From: Squalus acanthias
Taxonomy: Eukaryota
Direction: 5' to 3'
DNA length: 64,000 nt
Assembly: GCA_030390025.1 (NCBI GenBank)
Contig: CM059432.1
Span: forward strand, 9,176,001 to 9,240,000
Under the pieces are notes generated by a model that was not told where the DNA came from, did no database searches, and was given only the letters and a program-made list of their open reading frames with translations. Below, one piece after another: positions 12,833 to 25,017 of the stretch (the first letter of the stretch is position 1; each line of letters begins with the position of its first letter). The translations under genes were made by a program, and so were the position numbers.

Positions 12833-14714
12833 TGCTGCAGTTGTACAGGGCCTTGGTGAGACCACACCTTGAGTATTGTGTGCAGTTTTGGTCGCCTTAT
12901 CTGAGGAAGGATGTTCTTGCCATGGAGGGAGTGCAGCGAAGATTCACAAGGCTGATACCTGGGATGGCAGGAATGACGTATGAAGAGAGATTGGGTCGAT
13001 TGGGTTTATATTCGCTGGAGTTTAGAAGAATGAGAGGGGATCTCATTGAAACTTGACTAATCTACTGGAATTTTTTGAGGATGTAACTGATAGAGTAGAT
13101 AAGGGAGAACCAGTGGATGTGGTGTATTTGGACTTTCAGAAGACTTTCGATAAGGTCCCGCATAAGAGATTAGCGTGTAAAGTTAAGGCACATGGGATTC
13201 GGAGCAAGGTACTGACTTGGATAGAGAACTGGTTGGCAGACAGGAAGCAAAGAGTTGGAATAAATGGGTCTTTTTCCGAGTGGCAGGCAGTGACTAGTGG
13301 GGTTCCACAGGGATCGGTCCTAGGACCCCAGCTATTCACTATATATATTAATGATCTAGACAAGGGAACTAGATGTAATATCTCCAAGTTTGCAGATGAC
13401 ACAAAGCTGGGTGGGCGTGTGTGCTGCGAGGAGGATGCCGAGAAACTCCAGTATGATTTGGACAGGTTGGGTGATTGGGCAGAAGTATGGCAGATGCAGT
13501 ATAATGTGGATAAATGCGAGGTTATCCACTTTGGTGGCAAAAACAGAAAGGCAGATTATTATCTGAACGGCAATAGATTGGGAGAAGGGGAAGTGCAACG
13601 AGACCTGGGTGTCCTTGTGCACCAGTCGCTGAAGGTAAGCATGCAGGTACAGCAGGCGGTTAAGAAGGCAAATGGTATGTTGGCCTTCGTAGCGAGAGGG
13701 TTTGAGTACAGGAACAAGGATGTCTTGCTGCAGCTGTACAGGGCTTTGGTGAGACCACACCTGAGTTGTCTGCAGTTTTGGTCGCCTTATCTGAGGAAGG
13801 ATGTTCTTGCCATGGAGGGTGTGCAGCGAAGATTCACCAGACTGATACTTGGGATGGCAGGAATGACGTACGAGGAGAGATTGGGTCGATTGGGCTTATA
13901 CTCGCTGGAGTTTAGAAGAATGAGAGGAGATCTCATTGAAACTTATAAAATTCTAACAGGGCTAGACAGACTGGATGCAGGAAGGATGTTCCCGATGGCG
14001 GGTGAGTCCAGAACAAGAGGTCACAGTCTAAAGATAAGGGGTAAGCCATTTAGGACAGAGATGAGGAGGAATTTCTTCACCCAGAGAGTGGTGAACCTGT
14101 GGAATTCTCTACCACAGAAGGCAGTTGACGCCAAGTCAGTAAATATATTCAAGAAGGAGTTAGATATATTTCTTAAGGCTAAAGGTATCAAGGGATATGG
14201 GGAGAAGTCAGGGACAGGGTATTGAGTTTGGATGATCAGCCATGATCTCATCGAATGGTGGAGCAGGCTCGAGGGGCCGAATGGCCTACTCCTGCTCCTA
14301 TCTTCTATGTTTCTATGTTTCTATGTAACTTATAAAATTCTAACAGGACTAGACAGAGTAAATGCAGGAAGGATGTTCCCGATGGCGGGGGAGTCCAGAA
14401 CCAGGGGTCACAGTCTAAAGATAAGGGGTAAGCCATTTAGGACAGAGATGAGGAGGAATTTCTTCACCCAGAGAGTGGTGAACCTGTGGAATTCTCTACC
14501 ACAGAAGGCAGCTGAGGCCAATTCATTAAATATATTCAAGAAGGAGTTAGATATATTTCTTATGGCTAAAGGGATCAGGGATATGGGGAGAAAGCAGGAA
14601 CAGGGACAGGGTACTGAATTTGGATGATCAGCCATGATCTCATTAAATGGAGGAGCAGGCTCGAGGGACCGAATGGCCTACTCCTGCTCCTATCTTCTAT
14701 GTTTCTATGTTTCT
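12833..14714 (+). mobile_element. Two nested CR1 copies (inner RT-bearing copy 13055..14326)
   Basis: ORF 13053..14225 has LDFQKTFDKV, GVPQGSVLGP, FADD. The outer copy is split at GDLIET|YKIL with AACTT duplicated (13050..13054, 14327..14331). Confidence 0.9.
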
Positions 14715-15527
14715 ATTACCATATTAAGGTTCAGTCCATAATGAATTCAATGGACCAGAAGCCCTGTTGTTTTTTTTGTGTCTGTCTCTGATTTATGAGG
14801 CTGTCATTTAGAGGTGGGGTGAGGCTCTGACAGTGAAGGAAGCAGTTATTAGTTATTTACAACTTCTGATAGTGACCTTTCCCCTTCGCCCCGGGATAGC
14901 CTTTTTCCGCCCAGTGTGGTTTTTTTTTTGGAGGAGCAGATAGACAGACAGCGCACTTTCCTCTTGTGCACCCGACTGACTTCAAAGCTATCAGCTTCTC
15001 CCCATTGACGGGAATGTCAGTGAGAGACACTTCAAACGGCAGCAACCGAAACGCCTGGCTCTTGGAAGCAGAACATCACAGGGGGATGTATTGTTGCTGA
15101 TTAGCAGCGGAAAAAAATAAACCAAAAAAAATAAACTTTTTTCGGTGACTGCTGAAGAGCTCGCAGTTGTCAAAATGAATGAAGCATATTGTGTGTCATG
15201 CTTCTTTCATGCAGCGAATTAGCAAATAAAGAGTGTGTGTGGAGATTAAACAGCTGCAACATCAACTTATATGGCTGCAAGTACTGCTTTTAAAAATTGA
15301 AAGAGTCATTCTAATTTGGAAATTTGTAACACGGCTATGTTAAGTTATTTTAACCCTGTGGGTATTTGCAAAGTGAATTTTCCATTTATTCTTTATTATT
15401 GATTTTAAGTGGGTGGAGTGCAATTAGAGAGAAGCATCAAAAAAAACACAGAATCTTTCTTGATGTGTAATACTCTTAGACTAAACAAAACAATGAAAGC
15501 TTACCAGGTGTGGCTATAGCATCAGTG

Positions 15528-16029
15528 TTCTCGCTCAGGCCAACATCCCCAGCATCGAAGCTTTGACCACGCTCGATCAGCTCCGATGGACGGGTCACAT
15601 GGTCCGCATGCCCGATACGAGACTCCCAAAACAAGCGCTCTGCTCGGAGCTCCTACTCGGCAAGAGAGCCCCAGGTGGACAGAGGAAACGCTTCAAGGAC
15701 ACCCTCAAAGCCTCCTTGAAAAAGTGTAACATCCCCACCGACACCTGGGAATCCCTGGCCCAAGACCACACAAAGTGGAGGAGAAGCATCCGGGAAGGCG
15801 CCGAACACCTCGAGTCTCTTCGCTGGGAGCAAGCGGAAGCCAAGCGCAAACAACGGAAGGAGCGCACGTCAACCCAAGCACCCCACCCACCCGCCCCTTC
15901 AACCACCGTCTGCCCCACCTGTGACAGAGACTGTAGGTCCCGCATTGGACTCATCAGTCACCTGAGAACTCATTTTTAATGTGGAAGCAAGTCATCCTCG
16001 GTTCCGAGGGACTGCCTAAGAAGAAGAAG
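15528..16029 (+). mobile_element. RTE-clade LINE 3' fragment
   Basis: QLRWTGHMVRMPDTRLPKQ...GGQRKRFKDTLK...WESLAQD...CPTCDRDCRSRIGLISHLRTH; (AAG)n tail; TSD ATAGCA(T/C)CAGTG at 15516..15527 and 16030..16041. Confidence 0.9.
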
Positions 16030-17235
16030 ATAGCACCAGTGCATCAGACTGTGACTAAGACCAGCAGTCTGAACCATTGAATCCACTCCTACTCCATCTT
16101 GCCCTGGGCAGCGTTACACAAGAAAGAAAGAAGAAAGACTTGCATTTATATAGCGCCGTTCACGACCACCAGCCAACTCAAAGTGCTTTACAGCCAATGA
16201 AGTACTTTTGCAGTGTAGTCACTGTTGTAATGTGGGAAACGCGGCAGTCAATTGCGCGCAGCAAGCTCCCACAAACAGCAATGTGATAACGACCAGGTAA
16301 TCTGTTGAATGATGTTGGGATAAATATTGGCCAGGACACCGGGGAGAACTCCCCTGCTCTTCTTCAAAATAGTGCCACGGGATCTTTTACAACCACAATT
16401 TAACTACACCTCCGACAGTGCAGCGCTCCCTTAGTACTGCATTGGGAGTGTCAGCCTAGATTCTTGTGCTTAAGTCTCTGGAGTGGGAGTTGAACCCACA
16501 ACCTTCTGATGCAGGGGTGAGAGTGCTACCCACTGAGCCATGGTTGACACTTGGGTGTCCTTGACCTTGAAAGAAAGAAAGACTTGCATTTATATAGCGC
16601 CTTTCACGACCACCGGACGTCTCAAAGCGCTTTACAGCCAATGAAGTACTATTTGAGTGTAGTTACTGTTGTACTGTGGGAAACGCGGCAGCCAATTTGC
16701 GCACAGCAAGCTCCCACAAACAGCAATGTGATAATGACCAAATAATCTGTTTTTTTGTTATGTCGATTGAGTGATAAATATTGGCCCGGACACCGGGGAT
16801 AACTCCCCTGCTCTTCTTCGAAATAGTGCTGTGAGATCTTTTACGTCCACCTGAGAGGGCAGACGGGGCCTCGGTTTAACGTCTCATCCGAAAGACGGCA
16901 CCTCCGACAGTGCAGCACTCCCTCAGCACTGCACTAGACTTGGGTATTAACCCCTTACATGTTGTCTCTAGCAATAGAAATACAAGTTTAAAACATTTTT
17001 GTTGCACCTCTCTATCTGTTCAGGTGGGCACGATGATCCCGTGGCCCAATTTGAAGAAGAGTGGGAAGCTCAGCTGGTATCTTGGCCAACGTTCTTCCCT
17101 CCAACAACAACGTTAAAAATGCAGATTAACCGATCGTTCATTTCATTGCTCTTTGAGGGACAGCTCCGTATGCAAAATGAAACATTTGCCAATATAACCA
17201 CGGTGACGACACTTCAAAATAATTCATCCTTCATT

Positions 17236-17920
17236 GGCCCAGATTTTTGCTGCCAAAATAACGGCGAGTTCAACGTTTGCGCGAGTTGCGCCGCTCCGCC
17301 GTCAGCCTCGCGCAAACGGCAGCTCGCCCTCAACCTCCCCGTGAGGTTCAAGAAATTCCTGCATTTGCGCATTAATTACCCATTAAACTCGCCGCAGAAA
17401 GTTACGGTGAATACTAAACTGAGTAAGTACCTTTTTAATGACGAGATTTCTGTTCCTGCAATGCCGATCAACCACACCAGCCCAGAAAGGGAACAATTGA
17501 AACTGTAGAGTCTCATTCCTGCAGGTAATGAATTGTTGTTAGAGATATTTAAAACGTTTAATTAAAAAAAAAATGTCTTACTTTTCCTTTCTGCCTGTTT
17601 TCTCTCTCTCCTGATCCAAGCTTTCTTTCCCTCTCTTTATTTCTCTTTCCGTTCCTGATTTGATTCTAATTCGCCCAATTTCAATTCTCCGTCGTTCCCC
17701 TGTTTCTTTCTCAATCCTGAAATCTCATTGGTTATGGCGACAGACCGTTGGTCCTGCCGTTCTCCCAGGTCCCGGATGCCCCATTACCCTTGCCGCACCA
17801 TTATCAGCTCACACTTCCAGCAAGTTACGGCGCAGTTTTTTTACCGAGCTGAAGGGTGAGGGAAAAAGTCTAACTCACGGTGCACACCGCGAGATGCCCC
17901 GCTCCAGGAAAATTTGGGCC
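17236..17920. mobile_element. Harbinger-type MITE, family C
   Basis: Ends GGCCCAGATTTT / AAAATTTGGGCC with ATT on both flanks. A homologous copy lies at 37154..37701. Confidence 0.75.
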
Positions 17921-18805
17921 ATTGTATTTGAAGCACTTTAGGATAGCATGAGAGATGTAATAAGTTGCAATGTAAATGCAAATTCTGGAAGCCAAAGAAA
18001 GACTTGCATTTATATAGCGCCTTTCACAACCTCAGGATGTCCCAAAGCGCTTTACAGCCAATTAAGTACTTTTTGAAGTGGAGTCACTGTTGTAATGTAG
18101 GAAACGTGGCAGCCAATTTGCGCACAGCAAGCTCCCACAAACAGCAATGTGATAATGATCAGATAATCTGTTTTTAGTGATGTTGATTGAGGGATAAATA
18201 TTGGTCAAAGACACCAGGGAGAACTCCCCCTGCTCTTCTTTGAAATAGTGCCATGGGATCTATTTAAGTCCACCTTAGACAGCAGACGGGGGCCTCGGTT
18301 TAACGTCTCATCTGAAAGACGGCACCTCCGACAGTGCAGCACTCCCTCAGCACTGCACTGGGAGTGCCAGCCTAGATTTTTGTGCTCAAGTCTCTGGAGT
18401 GGGACTTAAACCCACAACCTTCTGACTCAGAGGCGAGGGCGCTACCATCTGAGCCACGGCTGAAACCAAGGTACTTGGTAATGGTGAAAAATGTTGTGCT
18501 ATAATTCATGGAAATTACAAAACAATATTTATAATAGGAGCAAATCTCCCGTGACATCACTCAAAGTGAGTCAGAGGCTACACCAATTTGTAACAATAGG
18601 AACATTATTCCCTGTAGAGGATAACATCAGCGCGACTGATTTACAGTGACTGAATATGTCAAATTTCATTATTATTAAATGTAATCTTGGATTTCGCCAT
18701 GTGCTTTGGGGATTGAATTCCATGACTTAGTCCAATAGTCTGTGAAAACCATAAACGAAAGGCCTGTACTCCCATTCCCTTTTTGCCCTCCCAAAATGTT
18801 TACCT

Positions 18806-19030
18806 TGAGGCGGATCGCCACCTAAACGGGCATAACCCACTTTTCCGTCTGTGGACAATATATCGGTGACCTTCCCTTTAAGGCACCTTACCTTTAAGAC
18901 AGGAGTGGGCGGGGCTTCAGGGTTTTTCCAGAGAATTCTCAGCCATTTTTGGTGCCATGCAGTGAATTAAAGTTTCTTGTTTTCCACATATGGATTCAGC
19001 CTCCATTTGTGTTTCGCGGCAGCCTCAACA
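18806..19030 (+). repeat. 5' LTR (225 bp)
   Basis: Near-identical to 20432..20671 apart from a few substitutions and a 14-bp gap bounded by TTCT. Confidence 0.95.
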
Positions 19031-19031
19031 T

Positions 19032-19045
19032 TGGTGACGCCGACG
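19032..19045 (+). promoter_or_regulatory. Primer binding site, tRNA-Trp type
   Basis: TGGTGACGCCGACG matches 13 of 14 positions of TGGTGACCCCGACG (complement of the tRNA-Trp 3' end), 1 nt after the LTR. Confidence 0.8.
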
Positions 19046-19070
19046 CTCAGAACGTATTCCGAGCACTGCA

Positions 19071-19913
19071 ATGGTGGACACGAACGCAGTTTCCGTGAAA
19101 CTGCCGGAGTTTTGGGAAAACCAGCCCGAAGCCTGGTTTCTCCAAGCTGAATCTCGCTTCCGGCTGCGAAATATCACCACAGATGGGACGAAGTACGACT
19201 ATCTCGTCACATCACTCAGTAGCGCCGCAGTTTCGAAGGTTTGGACAACGCTGCAGAACCCGCCAGAGGAAGGCAAGTACGCACATCTCAGGACAGCGCT
19301 CCTTAAAAAATTTACGGCCTCGGCATATCAGCGAAACTGCCACCTCCTCGACCTTCCAGGCCTCGGTGATGCCTCACCGTCAGACCTCCTCTCCCACATG
19401 CTCTCCCTCACCGACGAGAGCCCACCCGGATCCCTCTTCTGCACGCTGTTCATCCGCCAGCTCCCTCTCAGCATCCGCCCAGCGATCGTGGCGTCCGGCC
19501 TCACGAACCTGGAAGCCCTGGCCGATGAGGCCGACAAGCTGCTGTCCGCTCACTCCAGCCGCGACGTCACTCCGGACCTGGCAGCCAATGCCTGGGCGTG
19601 CCCCTCACCATCCAGCACGCGGCCACAAGGGCCTGTCACCAGGCCTTCACGCCCCACTAACCCGGGCCACTGTTACTACCACGCACGGTTCGGCGCCAGG
19701 GCACAACGGTGCACACCTCCCTGCTCTTTCAAGTCCGCCCCCGTACTAGCCCCCGCGATGGCTGTGGGCCACGCGGGCTCCCTGCTGTTCGTTACGGATG
19801 ACAAAACCGGCCGCCGGTTCCTGTGCGACACTGGGGTTCAGCACAGCATCATCCCGGCCTCCTCCCTCGACATCCAAAAGGGCGAACGAAGGACCGGCGC
19901 TGGCTGCTGCTAA
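19071..19913 (+). CDS. gag: Gag (CHCC zinc knuckle) plus N-terminal half of aspartic protease
   Basis: VKLPEFW...PEAWF.QAE Gag N-terminus; CYYHARFGARAQRCTPPC (C-X2-H-X9-C-X3-C); FLCDTG protease active-site motif; stop caused by a local frameshift. Confidence 0.85.
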   Translation: MVDTNAVSVKLPEFWENQPEAWFLQAESRFRLRNITTDGTKYDYLVTSLSSAAVSKVWTTLQNPPEEGKYAHLRTALLKKFTASAYQRNCHLLDLPGLGDASPSDLLSHMLSLTDESPPGSLFCTLFIRQLPLSIRPAIVASGLTNLEALADEADKLLSAHSSRDVTPDLAANAWACPSPSSTRPQGPVTRPSRPTNPGHCYYHARFGARAQRCTPPCSFKSAPVLAPAMAVGHAGSLLFVTDDKTGRRFLCDTGVQHSIIPASSLDIQKGERRTGAGCC

Positions 19914-19928
19914 CGGCTCGGAAATCCG

Positions 19929-20411
19929 ACATATGGCACCCAGACAGTCACCCTCGACCTCGCTGGTCGCCGCTACCGATGGGAGTTCATCACTGCCAAG
20001 GTGCTCTCCCCTCTCATCGGCGCAGATTTCCTGTGCGCCCACGGCCTACTGGTAGACATCCCCCGTCACCGCCTTGTGGACATGAACACCATGTCCCCCA
20101 TCCTGGGCGCCATGGCTCCCCGTCAACCTCCGTACGATGGGCCCTACAAGGTGCTACAGGCTGGGGACAAATTTTTCACCCTGCAAGTGGGCGACAGGAC
20201 CGAAAAAGTGTCGGTTGACCGACTCAAGCCAGCACACTCGGAGCCCGGTGAGCAGGTCCCTGTAGCTCGTCCACCTCCACGCGGCCGACCTGCCCTCAAG
20301 CCGGTTCACCCAGCTGCTCCACGCCCAGCCGTTCCACGTCCACCGACGTCCTACAAGAGCCGCTCCGGCCGGCCCATCAGACCGCCGCACCGTCTCGTCC
20401 ACACCTCCTAA
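19929..20411 (+). pseudogene. Protease C-terminal half fused in frame to integrase C-terminal GPY/F module
   Basis: TYGTQTVTLDL...WEFITAKVLSPLIGADFL...LLVD then, within ~20 codons, PPYDGPYKVL...VSVDRLKPAH. Same frame as gag. Confidence 0.85.
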
Positions 20412-20431
20412 GCGGATTCTGGGGGGAGCTG

Positions 20432-20671
20432 TGTGGCGGATCGCCACCTAAACGGGCATAACCCACTTTTCCGTCTGTGGACAATATATCGGCGAACCTT
20501 CCCTTTAAGGCACCTTACCTTTAAGACAGGAGTGGGCGGGGCTTCAGGGTTTTTCCAGAGAATTCTGGGAGCAGCTTTCTCAGCCATTTTGTGTGCCATG
20601 CAGTGAATTAAAGTTTCTTGTTTTCCACATATGGATTCAACCTCCATTCGTGTTTCGCGGCAGCCTCAACA
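20432..20671 (+). repeat. 3' LTR (240 bp)
   Basis: Follows the PPT, ends in CAACA, followed by ACCT. Confidence 0.95.
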
Positions 20672-21180
20672 ACCTCACACTTATCCCCATTAAATTGCAT
20701 CTTCCACCTGTCTGTCCATTCCGCTAACCTGTTTATGTCTTGCAGAAGAGTTTCACAATCCTTTTCACTGTTTACCGAGCTCTCTGCCAGAGTGCTGTCA
20801 GGTAAATTTCAAGATTGCCTTCCTTATAGCCAAGTCCTCATCATCTGTCTGCACAGGGGACAAAGGAGGACCGAAGACTGGCCCCTGGTGTACACCTTCT
20901 CCAATCCAAGCAACAACCATTTACGCTAACCTTTTCTTTACTGTCTGTCAACCAATGTTCTGCCCATTCTGCTCCATTTCTTCTTGTACCATGAGACAGA
21001 CACCTTATTGAACTACTTGAGAAAATCATATACACTGCATCTGCTGCATCCTCTTTATCGATGCAAATCGCCGTGTCTTTAATAAACTCTATTAACATTG
21101 TCAAATACAACTTGACTTTAATAAATCCTTGTTGGCTATCCTTGACTATCCCACGCATTTTTCAATACTTGCTTAGTTTG
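20672..21180 (-). mobile_element. Old degenerate CR1 RT fragment (host of the LTR insertion)
   Basis: ORF 20841..21158 has DSQQGFIK...LTMLIEF...DAVY, resembling CR1 RT. Homology continues left of 18805. Confidence 0.7.
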
Positions 21181-21409
21181 TCTCTAATTAAGGAATCTAG
21201 AGCTCCGATTTGAATTCCCGGCCGGGAGTTGTCGGGGCAGGGATTGGAGGCTGGCGTTAAGCTCCACAGCATGAGGCCCGGGAGATTTTCACTCCTGGGC
21301 CTCATCTGCTTAGGGCCCGTCAGTCCTCCGCCTGACCCCAGTGGAAAGTCTGAGTCGGCGGGAACGGGATTTCGGATGGCATGTGACCGCTGCCGAGGAC
21401 CTGAAGGAG

Positions 21410-22507
21410 TGGGCTATGTTGGCCTTCATTGCAAGAGGATTTGAGTACAGGAGCAAGGATGTCTTACTACAGTTACACAGGGCCTTGGTGAGACCACACC
21501 TGGAGTACTGTGTGCAGTTTTGGTCTCCTTACCTAAGGAAGGATATACTTGCCATAGAGGGAGTGCAGTGAAGGTTTACCAGACTGATTCCTGGGATGGC
21601 AGGACTGTCGTATGAGGAGAGATTGGGTCGACTAGACCTGTATTCACTAGAATTTAGAAGAATGAGAGGGGATCTCATTGAAACGTGTAAAATTCTGACA
21701 GGGCTAGACAGACTGGATGCAGGGAGGATGTTTCCCCTGGCTGGGGGTTCGAGAACGAGGGGTCACAGTCTCAGGATAAGGGGTAGGCCATTTAGGACTG
21801 AGATAAGGAGAAATTTCTTCACTCAGAGGGTGGTGAACCTGTGGAATTCTCTACCACAGAAGGCTGTGGAGGCCAAGTCACTGAATATATTTAAGAAGGA
21901 GATAGATAGATTTCTAGACACAAAAGGCATCAAGGGGTATGGGGAGAGAGCGGGAATATGGTATTGAGATAGAGGATCAGCCATGATCATATTGAATGGC
22001 GGAGCAGGCTCGAAGGGCCGAATGGCCTACTCCTGCTCCTATTTTTCTATGTATCTATGTTTCTATGAAGGAGATTGAGTAGATTGGGCCTATACTCTCT
22101 GGAGTTTAGAAGAATGAGAGGTGACCTCATTGAAACGTTTAAGATTCTGAAGGGGATTGACAGGGTCGATGCTGAGAGCTTGTTTCCCCTGGCTGGAGAG
22201 TCTAGAACTAAGGGGCATAGTCTCAGGATAAGGGGCCGGCCATTTAAGACTGAGATGAGGAGGAATTTCTTCACTCAGAGGGTTGTGAAATTTTGGAATT
22301 CTCTACCCTAAAGGGCTGTGGATGCTGAATCGTTGAGTATATTCAAGACTGAGAGAGATAGGTTTTTGGACTCTAGGGGAATCAAGGGATATGGGGATAT
22401 TGCAGGAAAGTGGAGTTGAGGTCAAAGATCAGCCATGAGCTTATTGAATGGCGGGGTAGGCTCGAGGGGCCGTATGGCCAATCCTGCTCCTAATTCTTAT
22501 GTTCTTA
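21410..22507 (+). mobile_element. Two tandem CR1 3' fragments inside a GC-rich MITE-like element
   Basis: ORFs 21341..21967 and 22075..22311. The first copy is flanked by TGAAGGAG (21402..21409, 22066..22073). Confidence 0.88.
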
Positions 22508-23631
22508 AAACCGGCACTCAGGTAACTGTTTGGGAGTGGGGGGGGGGGGAGGGTGGGCGTCAATAGGGCATTACAGATGGGAGAGCAGGAGGGTAGCCAA
22601 GGGGAGGGTAGCAGGGGAGGCAGGGTCACATAGGCCTCTTCTCCGGTTAAAATTGCAGTTGGGCTCCGATGATGTCATCAGATCTGCACATTTAAAGAAG
22701 GACCCATTGCATGCTGGCAGGTGTCCTGCTCGCCTGCTCGGAAGAGCAGCTTAACATCGGTACCCGCAGGAAAGCAGCGATATCGGTGCGGGTAAGTCAC
22801 ACTGGCCATTTTTACTGCCCATCCGCCTGGTTTCCAGCCAGGCGGACAGGATTAGAATCGTCAATTAAGAGTTTGCGCACTTCCGATGTTACACTAATTG
22901 ACCTATAGTTAACTGGTTTAGATTTCTCTCCCTTCTTGAAAAGAGTTTTTATGTTTCTAACAGTTCCCATGAAACCTTGAATTTAGCTTTGATTGTTTGC
23001 AATGTTCAACTCGTTAGTTTTTTTTTATAAAGAAGTGAAATTAAGATGAAGATAGACACTGGAAATGAAATGCCCTTAGGCCCATGTTTAGGCCTGAAAT
23101 AGGTGCCAGGTATGGAGGCTGACCCAAAATTGGGCCTCGGGCCTTGCTAACCTTAATTTCATGCTTCCTTGGGCAACACGCTCGTTTGAGAAAAATGCCT
23201 CACCAGCAGTGGCCCGAAATTAAACCCTGGGGGGGGAAATGGACTGACAAGGGGGTTACCTATTGGGATACGGTGGAGTCAGGGGAGCACTCCTACTCCT
23301 CCTGGCTCCATTGCAACTTTTTTAAAATTACTTTTTCTTTAAAACTCACTCTTTGCTGGCGGCCCAAAGAATTTATGAAGCCTAACATCTGATCCACATA
23401 GCGATATCCGATTTCCCGAAGGGGGCCGAAAACAGACATTAGGCACCTGATTTACGTATGTAAGGGGCCGAACCCCTATTTAAGGTGACCACCAGGGTCT
23501 GGCCCAATACTATGTCGGACATCTTTCAGGTGTCCTTTGGGAGCAGGATGTTATTCCCCAAAATTTGCCTTCATTGAGAAACAAGGTCTAATTTCTACCT
23601 CACGGTGTGTGTCGATCTCTCAGCTTAATGT

Positions 23632-24261
23632 TATTAGCTGTGGCATAGAATACAAGAGCAGGGGGGTTATGCTTCAACTGTATAAAACACTAGTTAGGCC
23701 TCAGCTAGAGTACTGCGTGCAGTTCTGGTCACCACATTACAGGAAAGATGTGATTGCACTAGAGAGGGTACAGAGGAGATTTACAAGGATGTTGCCGGGA
23801 GTAGAGAATCTTAGCTATGAGGAAAGACTGGATAGGCTGGGTTTGTTTTCCTTGGAACAGAGGAGGCTGAGGGGAGACCTTATTGAGGAGTATAAAATTA
23901 TGAGGGGCCTAGATAAAGTGGATAGAAAGGACCTATTTCCCTTAGCAGAGGGGTCAAAAACCAGGGGGAACAGATTTAAAGTAATTGGGGGAAGGTTTAT
24001 CGGGGATTTGAGGGGAAATTTCTTCATCCAGAGGGTTGTTGGGGTCTGGAACTCACTGCCTGAAAGGGTGGTAGAGGCAGGAACCCTAACCACATTTAAA
24101 AACTACTTGGATGTGCACTTGGGATGCTGTAATCTGCAGGGCTACGGACCAAGAGCTGGGAAGTGGGATTAGGCTGGATAGCTCTTTGTTGGCCGGCGCG
24201 GACACGATGGGCCGAAATGGCCTCCTTCCGTGCTGTAACTTTCTATGATTCTATGATTCTA
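23632..24261 (+). mobile_element. CR1 LINE 3' fragment
   Basis: ORF 23537..24172 [15 protein letters not shown]...WNSLP; (TTCTATGA)n tail. Confidence 0.9.
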
Positions 24262-24404
24262 TGTGCTTTCTGAACTTTAGAGTGTATTTATAAATAAAAA
24301 GCAACAAAAACTGCATTTCCAATGGAAATGAAAATGCGTTTCTATAATAGGAAGTTATCCACTCCGTTAGCTTACCACCCAAATGATGAAGGTGAAAATG
24401 ATCC

Positions 24405-24740
24405 CACAGGAGCATTATCAAACAAAATTTGACACCGAGCCACATAAGGAGATATTAGGGCAGTTGAGAGGTAGGTTTTAAGGAGCGTCTTAAAGGTGGA
24501 AAGAGAGGTAGGGAGGCGGAGAGGTTTAGGCAGGGAATTCCAGAGCTTAGGGCCTCGGCAGCTGAAGGCACGGGCACCAATGGTGGAGCGATTAAAATCG
24601 GGGATGCTCAAGAGGCTAGGATTGGAGGAGCGCAGATATCTCGGAGGGGGTTGTGGGGCTGGAGGAGGTTACAGAGAGAGGGAGGGGGCGAGGCCATGGA
24701 GTGATTTGAAAACAAGGGTTAGAATTTTATAATCGAGGCA
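24405..24740 (-). mobile_element. L2 LINE 3' fragment
   Basis: TIGARAFS..GPKLWNSLP...FKTLLKTYL. Further copies at 37715..38503(+), 47783..48180(+) and 56812..57180(-). Confidence 0.85.
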
Positions 24741-25017
24741 GATATAAGTGTGTCACTGAGTGACCCTGAGAACAAAGAAGGTGAAATTTAAACCAGCTAG
24801 TCCAGATACAGCTATTAGTGCAGAAGGTGCATATGCCCAGGAGCAGAGGAGCCAGCAGGAGCAAGTAGCACCTCTTCAGATGGAGATTCATCATTCTGGC
24901 ATCCCAGAAAACTAAGACCATCTTCCCAGAGGAAGGCAGGGCAACCAGTTTGTCCATGCCAGCTCATAAAGCCAAGGTTGCATAACTTGTAGAAACACTG
25001 TTCACTATAAGCATATT

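Larger units (their letters stand above)
18806..20671 (+). mobile_element. Compact non-autonomous Ty3/Gypsy LTR retrotransposon, CsRn1-like
   Basis: LTRs TG...CA at 18806..19030 and 20432..20671; ACCT TSD (18802..18805, 20672..20675); PBS TGGTGACGCCGACG at 19032; PPT GGGGGGAG at 20421..20428. Inserted into an old minus-strand CR1. Confidence 0.95.
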
